NCBI GenBank assembly: GCA_051294905.1
Contig: CM119383.1
Location: 5,270,001-5,334,000, forward strand
Direction: 5' to 3'
Length of the DNA: 64,000 nucleotides
From: Botryllus schlosseri
Taxonomy: Eukaryota
Shown: positions 1-12,801 of the stretch, one piece after another
How positions within the stretch are numbered: the stretch's first letter is position 1
Layout of the letters: every line of letters starts with the position of its first letter
The notes under the pieces: model-generated
Database searches by the model: none
What the model was told of the DNA's origin: nothing
Seen by the model: the letters and a program-made list of their open reading frames with translations, nothing else
Position numbers and translations under genes: made by a program

Positions 1-431
1 GAGATCGGGTGATATTAGTTTCAGGGACGGGACGCTAAATCTATCGGAGATGAGACAATATTTCCAATACGACATAACTTTATGATATTGAATAATTCTG
101 AAAATATGCGCAAGTACAACAATTTCTGAATGCGTCAACATCTGGACATGATCATTGATCAGCACATCTTGTATCGCCATTGACCCCCAATGTTACAGAA
201 CTATGATATTATGCGAAATAATGATTGTTGAATATGTATCAATCATAAACAAAAAATAATTCAGTCTTTAATCTTGGTTGGAATTAACAGCTGATGCGCG
301 ATAAACGTGGATTGATCCTTTCAATGACTTGCAATAAGGTGTCGCAATATGCATGACGAAGACTGCAGGTAGCATTGGATTATCTTGCGGTTTACGATTT
401 GATAAACAACAAAAATATTGAATGTTCTCAC

Positions 432-3400
432 CAACATCAAGTGATTTACTGGCGGATGCTGTTGAAGGAACGGTGCAATTCCATCGATTGGTTCGCATTT
501 GGTGTTTACATTCTTCCAATCCAGTCTGCGCTCCAGACGACACGAAAGTCATGTGGTCGTTATACCGACGGCATAATGGCCGCTGAGTTCTTGACAGCCC
601 CATCAGTGAACTGCATTTCACCGACTTTTCTTCCGATAAGGATAGGTTACTGTGTGCGAGGGTCCTGAAATTATAATCATATCGGTATATGGCGTATTGC
701 TGTAGTGTAGATGAAATATCCGATAAAAGATATGGTTCATTGGAAACTTGCCCATCAGGGTATTGGACTCAATCAACTATGCATTTCAAGTCAACTGATC
801 ATTACAGAAACAGAAACTGCACTGAACTGCGTTGTTTACGCTCCCAGAATTACCGAAATATGTAAGCCTTCAGCCATACATCTGACATGGATAGTCAGCG
901 GCGTGGACAGGGCGAAAAAGCGATCGTTAAGACCACATATTATGTGCCCACTGCCCAATCTGTGACGTCAGGTCGTTGTTGAAAATCTTTCGACGCACTA
1001 TTTTTGACCCCCCTTCCCAAATTTTTATTTTGGCTACGCTTATGTGGGGAAGCCATATTGTATTGTTCCAATTGATCTGATTTTACCTATAGCAGATTTA
1101 TTAGTTGTATGTAAGTAAAACCAGAGAAATTTGTATTGACTCCATTTTTCAATTCAGATGCTATCATTCTTTCGCTTCCACCTTACCAAGGGCTTTCGAT
1201 GTTATGCCGTTAAACATGTGCAGTAGGGCTGTTCAAAAATAACTTTTTTTTCCCGATTCAAGCCGGTCACCTCTTAAATCGTCAGGTTGCAGTTTAAAAC
1301 CTTGCTCACCAAATTTCACTCGATTCCAACCAGTAAAGGCCTCCGCAGATCCAATTAAAATTTTTAATTTATTATGGAAAATTAAAAAAAAAATTCCAAA
1401 TTTTTCTGCCAACCCCATGAAATTGTTGAGTTGTCTTCAAAGACGTTGCAAAACAAATTTGAGTCAATTCCGTCCAGTAGAAGCGGAGTTATGTGAGTTT
1501 TTCGATGATATTTCTCGGATTATCCTTGATTGGTGGATAATCCGCGATTTATCAACGAAAAACTCACATAACTCCGCTTCTACTGGTCGGAATTGACTCA
1601 AATTTGTTTTGCAACGTCTTTGAAGACACCTCAACAATTTCATGGGGTTGGCAGAAAAATTTGGAAAATTTTTTTTTTAATTTTCCATAATAAATTAAAA
1701 ATTCTAATTGGATCTGCGGAGGCCTTTACTGGTTGGAATCGAGTGAAATTTGGTGAGCAAGGTTTTAAACTGCAACCTGACGATTTAAGAGGTGACCGGC
1801 TTGAATCGGGGAAAAAAAGGTATTTTTGAACAGCCCTAATGTGCAGGCTGTAGTTATTTCAATGTATCATATAGTTACTTTTAATTGCTACAAAATTGTT
1901 AGGTATCGGCTCGAGGGGAGAATAGCAGCTTATAAAGATCATAGCAGGCTTTTACAAATAGGTGATTATAGCAAACTGGATACACGGAGGCTGTAGTTTA
2001 AAATCCAGATTATCTGCATCTAAGTAGCTATTTATACAGCGTATTTCGTATAATATCGCGTTCAAGGTAAAATGACGTAAAATCAAACTAAGAAGCGTGT
2101 CGCTGTGACTTTCACTGGCGAGGGTGTCAATGTGGTCTGAATTGAATTAACACTGATTGCTGGAAACGTCCAAATGGGTTGAAATTATTCTATCCTACTT
2201 ATAATAGCTCATTACTCACGTAGAGGATGACCCATGCAGAGCAATATTAGGATTAGGATTAGGGCTGGACACAATGATTCGAGTAATTGAATCTGAATCG
2301 AGTATTAATTTTATTGATTCGAGTCGAGTAGTAACAGACGATTCTTTCGATTCGAGTACTGAAATTATACGCTCCTCGCCGCTGAAAGTTAATTCATCAA
2401 CAAGAATTACAGTTTCGATACTAATTTTCACTGTTGAAGCCTTGAAACCTTGATTGGCCGGATCGTAGCATACGAACCGTAAAGTACAAAGCTACGAATG
2501 TTACTGGAAATAGCGCATTTCCAAAATCATGATCATCCAACAACATTGTTACAAAGTGCAATGGAATCGGTATGGTCGAAAAAATACCAAAGTATCTTTA
2601 ACGTGACGGATAACAGGCCGCATTATGTTCTCTGTGGTCGCATAAAAGGTATATATTTGAACTTGGACAATGGACATATTACATTCTGTTATGAAATCAT
2701 AATGAGTGATACTCGATTACTCGACTCGAAGCATATTACGTGATTCAGGATCGAATCACTCAGGGACTCGATTTTGCCCAGCCCTAGATATGATGTTATG
2801 GGCAAAGTATAGAATGTAAACATGTAACATGTTAACATTCTATAGGCAAATCTTACAATCATTGATCAAGAAATATGACATAAAAGTGCTCGTATCATGA
2901 GGCACATTCTTTTCCAGCCTAGTGCCGAACCCACATAGCTTCACTCTATATTGGCGTTGGCGATTATGCATGTGATGGATTATTTCGCAATTGAATGCAG
3001 GATGACAAGGCGTTGCAGTTGCGTTAAGCGAGCCTTGAATTTTTCTAATCCAAGGATCGCCATAACTGCATTGTTGACAGATTCAACCTTCAGAAAATAC
3101 CGACCGTAACGGATTGGTGTCTTTCACACAGTTTTGAATTCAGGAGATCAAGATATTTCAAATTCTATAAACACGCTAGAAATTCCCATGTCCCTCAGTA
3201 TGTATATTAATAAATATATCTAACTATGGCCGGTAGCACTCTCAGATCCACCCTAGATTTCACTGTGGGTTTAAATATAATCTACCGTAATCCCCAAAGA
3301 AGTCTGCCGCGTATCGCACCGAACAAATGCAGTATAATCGGCATGATCTACCCCAACATCGTGGGCAAGAACAGGTATTTCGAAGGATCGAAACTTGAAG

Positions 3401-6308
3401 TTATCGCCGCGGAATTGATGCTATATCTAGCATGCCACAATTCACATATGACAGACTACGTTACATTTCCGCATCGCCACACAACATCTGGTGAATTTAG
3501 TGTTACGTCGAAAATAGGCGCGACTTTTTAAATACTACCCTACCACCAACGTCGGAGTTCCCAATACATGAATACTTATGCGTATTGCATACGCTATCGA
3601 AGTGTGAAATTGATAAGTTAATACCTCGCCTACTGGGGTCCGCATATAGCCTACCTCATGAGCGTATAACGTATGGGGATTATCTCCTTACCAGACCAAG
3701 TGGCTCAGCGATTAGCCCCATGCTACTAATAGCCAGAACAAATGCCGATGCTAATTCTAAATATAAAATCCTCTATTAATCTGCGAGAAATTATATTTTA
3801 CAAGTGTCAAAGCATGAGATGAATATTACAAAATGAACAGGGAGACAAATGTAGTCCTGGTTAAATATATTTTTGGTCTGTTTATGACAGTGGCCGGAAA
3901 CGCTTTTCGTCGAAGGAACCATGTTTATCCTATATTTTCAAGTGTCAATGTCAGTCCGCTGTGACGTCACAATTAAAGACTCGTGACGTCATGGCTAAAA
4001 CAAACAATAAAAACAAGGGTCATATTTTAAACGTGTTCGTTTTAAATGGATCTTTGTTTTAAATGCAATCCTAGTTACACGACAGGCTGCAATAAATTTG
4101 AACAATTCAGATTCAGATCTACTGATAACAGTATAGCAGCAAGACATATTTTAGACAGTTTATTCCATTAGTAGAACACCAAGTTGGAAACCATTCTGTT
4201 TAAACGCCCGCTGTGACTTGACGTAGTGAAAGAGTATTTCTAAGAACCGCGATTCTGTTACATCAGCGGACAGAGGATAACTTCTCGGAAATGAAGTTGA
4301 CAAGGCAATCAACCTAGTGAATTCGCATAGCTGCATTGTCAGTAGGAAATCATCACTGGTTTAGACAAAGTAATTGCGCTGCTGGAAATAGCTGGGTATA
4401 CAACGGCCAAAGACTTCAACTTTTGATACATCACCATTAAACTGACAGCGGTAGGGTATAGTTGTCATTATCTTACCGCATGAAGGTCACAGTGGAAAAT
4501 CATGCACCATACACGATAAAAATTTTGAAAACGCAGGATCGGTTGGATCAGCGCTCCTTTGTTCGTGCGGTAGTGTTCTGCCTCGCAGTGTGAGATTATA
4601 TGGGTCAATTACAGGTCAATGTAGGGCAAAGAGTTGTATAACTCGGTACCCAAAAACAACGTGCGTCGTCTATGAGCGCGCGGGTCAACGCATGATGAGC
4701 ATTTCGCTTGTTCCGAGTTAAGCGGCCCTCGAACTTCTATAGTAATTTCCGTCCGACAAAATATACTATCTATATGTTTTCATCGCATTACCCTCTGCTA
4801 TGAGTGCAAACTCGCTACGATCTGCTTATCAGGTATTAAGTAGGTTTATGTTCCAACCAGGGACAGGTGAACAACGCAAACTCTTTTGGTGTGAAGGACA
4901 GTGCTGTCACTAATTGGTGTGTTGAAAATCCGGCTGTTGCGAGTATATAGTTATACGGTTATACCCCAATCAGAGCTGGACTCTTGGAAACAACGCCAAG
5001 CCAATTATATCAACGTACGTTTGCAGTATTCAGTCCGAATTAAACAAAATATAGTGATTTATGCATAAAAACTGAGCATGACGAACCACGCGAAATGTAA
5101 ATCAGTAAAAGGACTGATCGCTGTGGCATTTATCAGGCCGGAAAAGTATCGCAGCGATGCCGGATTTCACACGCGGATGTGAGAATGCCCTCGGCGGTAA
5201 AAGTGACAAAACGATTGTTTGGGGGTCACGGCATAGCGGGGTGCCAAGAAGATCAAATATTACGGTGCGACACCCGTGAACGTACGTGTGGAGCGAAACC
5301 CAATTAAACCATAAACACCGTCAACCAGCTTAGTAAAAGACTTGAGAATGTTGTATATTAGCTTCCCAATCACAATTTCTACCGCTATGACGGGTGTTAC
5401 TTTCTTATCACGGGAAAGGCTTTGCATAAATAATCTTATTCCATTACTCAGCCACGAAATGGTTTCCCAATATTTTTGGTGTACATAAGCAAATAGAGAG
5501 TAAGTAAATTCTCAATTTGCCGAGGCGATGGCTACTAAAGGCCATTTATGAAGCGGGTCGGTGGTAAAATATCTTAATGTTTCTTCAGAAGTCTGTAAAG
5601 GACTTAATAGCGGTAGTCAACCGTAACTTGAACCCTTCACCCCGAAAAGTACTGGTGCCCATATTAAGACTATTTCATGTATGTACTAAACAATATCCGT
5701 CGCGATATGAGTTTGAGTCATATACACACCAAACCCCAGTGAATCTTGTAACGTACAAGTCATCGCTACATACTGTATTCCAACCTGTTTACCGTCATAC
5801 ACACCTGAGGCGTAAGTGATTCTGTCTATAATTAAATGATATTCCGATTTGTTATGGCGTGAATTTACGCCGGAGAAGTCATGTTTTCAATGTTGCATAA
5901 TCGTGTGCGTCTGCAGCAAAAGTAATTGGTTGCAACGTCCATGAAACAGGCAGATATAGCTAAGTGTACACAATTTCCATCAAATTTACGAGGTAATTAA
6001 TTTAGTAATCGCTAATCAGATAAATATGATAGACAAGCATTCGTGGACAAAATATTCACACTCCCATATGCGTCTATCGTCAGAAACAAAAGGGCCCGTA
6101 TGTTATGTAGGTTTCATGTCATCTGCACTAGAAAACTTTTGAACGATAATGTTGCCGAAAAGTGGCGCGGATCTGACCTGATTTCACGACACATAAAGGC
6201 TGTTAGAGTTCATTAAATATCGCTCAATACTTACCACAGTTGTCCATAAGTACTGCAAGGCAACAGCGCAATAGCAAATAATCCAGTGATAGCGTAGAAA
6301 TGAGTCAT
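432..6308 (-). CDS. Wnt5: Wnt5-like gene A, 5' part only: exon 1 6308..6235, exon 2 664..432; remaining exons lie outside the window (<1)
   Basis: Exon 1 encodes the signal peptide MTHFYAITGLFAIALLPCSTYGQL-W and ends TG|GTAAGT. Exon 2 starts after TTTCAG and reads W-TLAHSNLSLSEEKSVKCSSLMGLSRTQRPLCRRYNDHMTFVSSGAQTGLEECKHQMRTNRWNCT...DVG, ending G|GTGAG. Intron phases (2 and 1) match genes B-D. The C..GLS..Q..LC..Y.DHM...GA.TG..EC..Q...RWNC pattern is Wnt5-type. Subfamily call is less certain because the gene is partial and divergent. Confidence 0.8.
1224..1838. mobile_element. hAT-type foldback MITE, a 615-bp near-perfect palindrome in intron 1 of gene A
   Basis: Ends are TAGGGCTGTTCAAAAAT and ATTTTTGAACAGCCCTA. 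Arms of ~300 bp are reverse complements around a 9-nt loop (1526-1534). Identical 8-bp flanks ATGTGCAG at 1216-1223 and 1839-1846. Confidence 0.9.
2260..2786. mobile_element. Older hAT-type MITE with GATTCGAGT/ACTCGA subterminal repeats
   Basis: TIRs TAGGGCTGG...CCAGCCCTA, with clustered TCGAGT/ACTCGA motifs near both ends. Flanking 8-mers match only 5/8 (ATTAGGAT vs GATATGAT). Confidence 0.6.
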
Positions 6309-7930
6309 ATTCCCAAGTTTACAGACGACCGTGAGAAGTTTACGTGAATAACATATAAGATAAAGCTATTTTTTATGAAACATATTCCCGATAAGTCACA
6401 CAGAGCAGAAGGACGGAGTCGACCGATGTGAAACACAGTAAACTCAGTCAATCAAAGTTTAAGACAGTGTATGCATTGCATAACCTAATCCTCCAACTTA
6501 TCCAACACAGGTGTCAACGAAAAAGACTTACACGATCGTTAACTGCTCTGATCAACAAATCTCCGGAAAATGCCCTCAGTATCTCTTGACGAAAGAAACT
6601 TCCGCGTAAATAGCTACCTTAGTTAGCATCATTACAAATTAACCGCCAGGCAGACAGGAGCCTTCTTACTAACTAAGCCGAAGGGAACGCGTTTATGATC
6701 GCTCTTGCTTTGAGTGACAATCCCCTTTTTCTTCAATATACGGCACCTCGGTGGGGTGTCTGTCTAGCAATGCAAAAGACGCCTGTCGTGTTAGTACGTT
6801 GTCAGATGCGTCAATTCTCTCATCTTCACGGGTGACTTTTGCGGTACCTATCAGCGGGAAGTATGAAACACATCCCAACACCTTTGCGCTGCGGGTTCTG
6901 CTTTTTGACCACTATACTCTCCGGTCTTCTGTGTTTCTGATATAGCCTCAAAGGATGCTTGAGCGCTGTTGAAAAATCTTGGCGTCCTTGCCTGTATTTA
7001 GGGCGCAAAGAGATCGCGTATGTGAAATTGACACCACAACATTATTCGACGCCATCGACCCCGATCTGGATTATCCGTCAGCAATACCTACATAAACAGT
7101 CGGATATCGATATTAGTGTAACAACTTATCTCTGTAACAACACTAGCAGATACTCGAATATCTTCAAGGCAAACTTCAATACATACATTATCCACATACG
7201 AATTATACAAGTTCAGTCCGGTTAACGACCAAATCATGTAGTCTGGAAGACAACTCTTGGATGCAGTCTCGAATTCATATACTGTCGCTTCAAAGTCTAC
7301 TGTGACAATGCAAGCGGGTATCAATTCTTTCCACTGCCGGCTATTAATTCCACACCATGACACCGATAGCAATATGTTTCAAGGCGCGACCGTGTTAGAT
7401 AACGGATTCTTGTGACGACTGTCGAAACCGACATATATACATTGCTGATATTATCAGAAACATGGGCTACTGGTATATACATAATAGTATGACAATAAGA
7501 TAAAATAAAATATCAAAGTTCACCGCTGTCTTACTGTACTCAGACTTCACGGAATGCGCCATCCGAGATAGTTGAGAACACTTAATTGGTAGTTGTAAAA
7601 GTGAGGGGAGAATAGATGCTTAGGGGAGCAAAAGAAGTTAATGTCCATATCATCTAAAAGTATACAGATAAGTGGCTGCATCGAAACAAATTCACAACCC
7701 TCTAAATGCGAGCTATATATAAAAGTCGAAATGATTTACCAACCGTCTTACTTAATTAGTGTATTTTTTTTTAATTTTCCGGGCCAAGTTTAGTGTCATG
7801 ACCTGTACTAAATTGGACCAGCCAGGTCATAGTCTGGACTTCTAAATATTCATCTCTCATGGACTGGTGGAACGTAGGTACGGTGCGAATCTCTGAACCG
7901 TTCTTGTCCGTGTGAACGCGAACGTGAACT

Positions 7931-7952
7931 TATGACGTCACGTGACGTCATA
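7931..7952. promoter_or_regulatory. 22-bp perfect palindrome: two CRE/ATF octamers around a CACGTG E-box
   Basis: TATGACGTCACGTGACGTCATA, ~1.6 kb upstream of the gene A start codon. Function is inferred from the motif only. Confidence 0.4.
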
Positions 7953-10133
7953 TTACTAACTCCAACCCTATATTTCGGTAAAGTAATATATTAATGTAAT
8001 ATATATGATAACTATCGACCACTCAGGCCATATTATACAATAATGCTGAAGTAGATGCATAGGCTGACTTTTAAACGTCACCTGTCAACTGAAACAATCA
8101 AATGATGTAATAATTTCACAAGATCGATATCTTCCGTCGCTTTACCAACGAATTCGGCTAGACCAGACAGATGTATTTAAGAGTAAAACACCGGTTTGTA
8201 TACTTGCACTAAATATTATCCCAAAAACAAGTTATACATTAGCTAACACCCCATTCGGACGGATTAGGTCTTTATGATAGAGTAAGGTTACCAAATCAAG
8301 ATAGATCCCGTCCGCCTGATACATTTTTTGCATTATTTATGTCAATTTCGCTGATGTAAATGTAAATAATTAATTGGTTAACCGACCACAATTCGCTGAC
8401 TTCCTACATGTAATGTGTAATTTTTTAGAGCAAATATTTTTTCAAATTGGCAAGGTGCATGCTCGTTTAACGCGAAATTTCTTTTCATGCTGCCAGCGTC
8501 ATGCGGAGAGTGGTCCGAGGTTTGAAAGCATGAAAAAGGTTCACAGTGCAGGACGCAGCAAGGTTCGTTTCTGAACTCGAGCATCTAAATGTCAGCGGTT
8601 CACAGTTCACATACATAACTCGATCGTGAACCGCGCGTTCACACCATCAATAGTGGAACGGTAGATCAAGATAGGGTGGGTTTTTGAATAAGTGTTGCAC
8701 TTTTAATCTCACGTGGGCCGTGGCTACCAAGACCACTGACGCATCGACTGGTAAATCGAGATCGGCGTAATGATCGCCAGTGATCTAAATCAGAGTTCTC
8801 CAAACTGCGGTTGTTGTTGTTGTTGTAAGTATTGTAATATATGATGATCGGCTACTATGGCCTTTTACTACAGGTCTTAAGATCCAAACTGCGGTGACCG
8901 TGTAACGAATTTCAAGGGTCGTATAAGAGAGTAAAACAATTTCATATTGCACACGCACGATGAACCACTGCATTACGCGGTGTTTGAGAAACTAATGGCA
9001 GCAAATGTAAGTGGATGCTATGAATAATTGGATATATGGCGTCGCTAGAGTTGGAAGTGACAAAGCAAAACTCTGACGTCAAGAGATGTAGGAAACACCG
9101 CGGGTCGTCCAGGCCTAGTATGAAAGTAGCATTGTTATTCAAAAAAGCTTTAGTTGTGCGAGTAAACACCAGCAGTGGCTTGGTGTTTGATTTTAAGCCG
9201 CGTGTTTGCACAGCTATCACCATCTCGGACACTTTGATAAGGCTATCGGTCGATAGCAGAATAGTAGGGGTGGGATGGCAAGCAACGATAGCAGCAATGT
9301 GGATGCCGTTGCCTAACCGTCCCTAAAGGATTTTGGAGACCACCTCATCCTTCTCCTCAATCTATGGAAGTCAGTGGCGGACGGGGTATAAGGACAGGCG
9401 GCGGTAGGTGAGATGTTGAAAGATTATCGCCTTCGTCCTGCTCCATGCTGGATTATCGTAAAATTTCGTTTCTTCGTACTTCTTTGGTTAGTTCACTATC
9501 AATTCTGAACATCACAAGATTGCGATAACACGAAAAAAGAGGAAGAAGTCGAAACGACTTGGAGTAGTATGGTTACCATATATCATCCTTCAGGAGGATT
9601 TGCCCTCCTTATTCAGGAAATCGAAAATCTTCACCCAGGACGCCTCCCAGGACGTCCGCCTTTTTGGGAACTCGTCCTCCTATATAGCTTCGACAGCCAG
9701 GCTAATGGTCAGGCAAACTAAAAATCGCCATAAATGACGTGAAATCAACAATGCGGATGTTAGGGCGGGTCATTCTGGAGTAGGACTGAAAAAATGATAC
9801 AGAGCATTATAGTATAAAGTGGGTCATTCGGGAAATCGAGCCGGAAAATTACCTTCTTTTACTCCACCCAACAAGATTTCTCGTAAAAATTTAGAATCAG
9901 CAGTGTTCTAGTCCGGTAATCTAAATTTTGGCTTTTTTAAAAAGTGTAGCATACTCCTTTCCGGATCCCAAAATATGGTACTCCTATCGAGTGGGCTATT
10001 GTTTTAATCAAATATACCCACCTTGGCTTACAATATGAAAATAAGATGCTTGCACACTGTACAGTGTACAGTGCACACTGATAACATTTAAAGAACTGGC
10101 GACGGGGAGACACCAAATTTCTGAAAGTTTCAT

Positions 10134-10488
10134 CATAGTGTCCTATATGGTGTCGACGCAACAATGCTGTCTGGCGAAACGAGAGAGTAGCTCAAGAGAA
10201 AAAGAGCCAGACAGCATTGTTCAGCATTGTTGCGTCCCAATCCCAATCTCCATAACAATCAAAAATTCGAGGCTGATTGTGGGAGTTCCAGGGCCACGGA
10301 ATAAAATTTATATTTTCGTAATCAGTGCAGAGTCAGCTTTCGATTGATACCCGTTTTACCAAATTTAATGCTCGGAAAGTCGGTCAAAAATGACCGTCAA
10401 ATTGCCTGTAGCCAAATGAAAATTGTGACGTGTACAATTTCATTGAGGCGTGAGATTTGCCTGTGTCGACACCATATAGGACACTATG
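10134..10488. mobile_element. 355-bp MITE, internally deleted relative of the 42861-44966 foldback element (P-superfamily-like)
   Basis: 24-bp TIRs CATAGTGTCCTATATGGTGTCGAC. 7-bp TSD GTTTCAT at 10127-10133 and 10489-10495. The body aligns by eye with 43118-43160 and 44698-44966. Confidence 0.88.
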
Positions 10489-11209
10489 GTTTCATTAAAG
10501 TCTTCGGACTATATATCTGGAGAGACTAGCAACTTGATACAGGTCAAATCCACTCAATTATTTTTAAATAATATATTTGCTTTATTTAATAGCGAATGTA
10601 ATTTGTTTTTCATTATATTCCATTTTATCAAGGTTTGTTTGCATTGTGATAAAGCCATGTTTTGGTAAAGTACCAGCTTTCTCAGATCGAGCATTCTTCG
10701 TTCGTAAAAGATTGTTAAAGGATATGTTAGGATGGACTGATTTAGAATGCTCTCCTAGCGTTAAGGGCTTCGTACGGCAATAAAATTCTTAGGTAGAAGG
10801 CACTTGTGGCTGTTGTATCCATCGCCGTGAGTGATCCTGATCATGAAAAACTAATCGAAAGCTTCGCAGTACTTTCTTTTACATTTCTTTATATTGGATG
10901 ATAAGATAACTTGATATAGACAAAATTAGGCAAAATTTCATTGACCCACAAATAAAACACTAAGATTTTAATTGACATTTCAGGAACCTCTTGAAACTAG
11001 TGCACGAATTACGGTTCTACCTACAGTCTTTCCGTCACAGACGGCTAGGCTATATATTTTCGGTTGTTGGCTGACATCTGACGGCACGCAGTTGTCGTCG
11101 ATGGTTGAGTCAGAGCTAATAGGACAACGTTTCGTTCTGTAAATCATAATTATCATATAACGCTTTTTGTTGTCATTCAGCATATGATGGAAATGGGTTG
11201 TCCATGTGA

Positions 11210-11362
11210 ATCAATCTCGTCAATAAACTCATCGTCATAATATCGTCCTCTGCAACTCTCACCTTCACCATATGTCATCCTTTACTCCAACTTCTGGCAG
11301 ATACAGTCCTGATCCCTCCATACATGCCCAAATCGCCATAATACCTTAGTCGGGCTTCTCCA
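11210..11362 (-). mobile_element. Possible degenerate LINE (RTE-like) reverse transcriptase C-terminal remnant
   Basis: Frame-shifted minus-strand translation EARLRY / WRFGHVWR...GEGESCRGR..DEFIDEI resembles the RLRWFGHV.R...G.R.RGRP...W.D.I tail of RTE-type ORF2. It contains a stop codon. Confidence 0.35.
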
Positions 11363-11458
11363 ACTTTACATCAAAAAAGTTCGGCATGGGATGTGCCTCG
11401 TATAGCCCGATACCTATTTTGCATAGTATAGTCACTTGGATAGTGAGTGGGTATCCAT

Positions 11459-11885
11459 CAGAGATGAGCATGGATTAGGATTAGGTTTTGAAAAAACAGG
11501 ATTTGTAAAATTTTGTCGGATTTGGATTGGATTTGGACTAGACATATTTTTCAGAACGGATTAGGATTTGGATTGGATTTACATATTTTCTGGGAGATTG
11601 AAATGTCGTGTGGCGAATGGCGACAAACTTTATTCAGATCAGTTATTAATGTACTTATGGTTACTAAGTTATCTTGAACCAAGTGAATCGTTACTTGTGA
11701 AAGAAAATTTTCGAATCCCTCCATTGCATAAATTAGTATTTTTTCTAAATTTCCAGTTGGAATCGGATTAGGATTGGACATGGACTTGAATATGAAAAAG
11801 TTATGGATTAGGATATGGATTTGGATTTGAAGGTTTGGATTTGGATTGGATTAGGACATAGAAATTTCAAATTCGCTCATCTCTG
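11459..11885. mobile_element. hAT-type MITE with GGATT(A/T)G arrays
   Basis: TIRs CAGAGATGAGC...GCTCATCTCTG. 8-bp TSD GTATCCAT at 11451-11458 and 11886-11893. Many GGATTAG/GGATTTG/GGATTGG repeats near both ends. Confidence 0.88.
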
Positions 11886-12764
11886 GTATCCATATGTAAT
11901 ATATAATATTGTTATCCTTAGATGTGTTACCTCAAGTTCAGTCTCGTGGCATTTTACAACAGCAGAGGTCTCCAACCAATACATCATCATAGCTCATGAC
12001 CATCATCAGCAGTATCAGTATCAGTTTATTAATAATTTTATCATTTCAAAACACCATATAAATCGTCTCCGTTGATTAAAACTGCTATCCTCCTATCACA
12101 ACTGTTACGTCCGATATATGTGATTTCTGGATTACTATCCTCATCTTCAAATTGCGGTTCGTAGTCGATCCCAAGGAATTAAACTGTTCTACTTTCTCAG
12201 TCTCTGGATCATTGTCTGTCGCAGCTGTGCCAAAACAATTCATTTCCATGTAATGCGGTCTTATTGTGACCTTCATTGTTCAATTGTTCATTCCTTTCGT
12301 TTAAAGGGCGCATCCCATATATTGATTAAGAAATGTATGTGGTAGTTTTAGGAGATGTGTATAGTTGCATATTCTATTGTATCTATCATTTTTCAATTAT
12401 AACTGCCCAAATCGTGTTACGATGAAAACAGAAATGCGTTGCCATTGCCAACATGACGTGTCGGAACGTTGAAAAGGACTCGAGATAGTTCTGTCGGTAG
12501 ATGGTAATATAGAGCCGAATGAAAGTAAACTTTCCGTGGCGGGACTTGAAATTTCCGCGTAAACAGGCATTCACGCAGTGTTAGTTTTCGTTGATAACAA
12601 TAAGTACTTGGTACTAATGATATTTACTACGCCCAGGGACCCACAAATGTAAGTTCGAAATGATGATAATGATTGCCTAGCAGAGAGGCTCGATCAATAT
12701 TCACTTGGCATTGGTGATTAAGTGATATCCTGACAGATATATATGTGTGTGCGTGTGATAAAGA

Positions 12765-12800
<36 letters not shown>
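12765..12800. repeat. Compound microsatellite (GT)6(GA)12
   Basis: Read directly from the sequence. Confidence 0.95.

Positions 12801-12801
<1 letters not shown>

Noticed and set aside
1233-1829. Two nearly identical ORFs on opposite strands (..IFFLIFHNKLKILIGSAEAF..)
   Set aside because: A mirror effect of the 615-bp palindromic MITE, not a gene pair.
2246-2264. TTAGGA/TTAGGG-like repeats suggesting interstitial telomere sequence (also 11473-11860)
   Set aside because: Units are mostly TTAGGA or TTTGGA, few in number, and lie at or inside MITEs.
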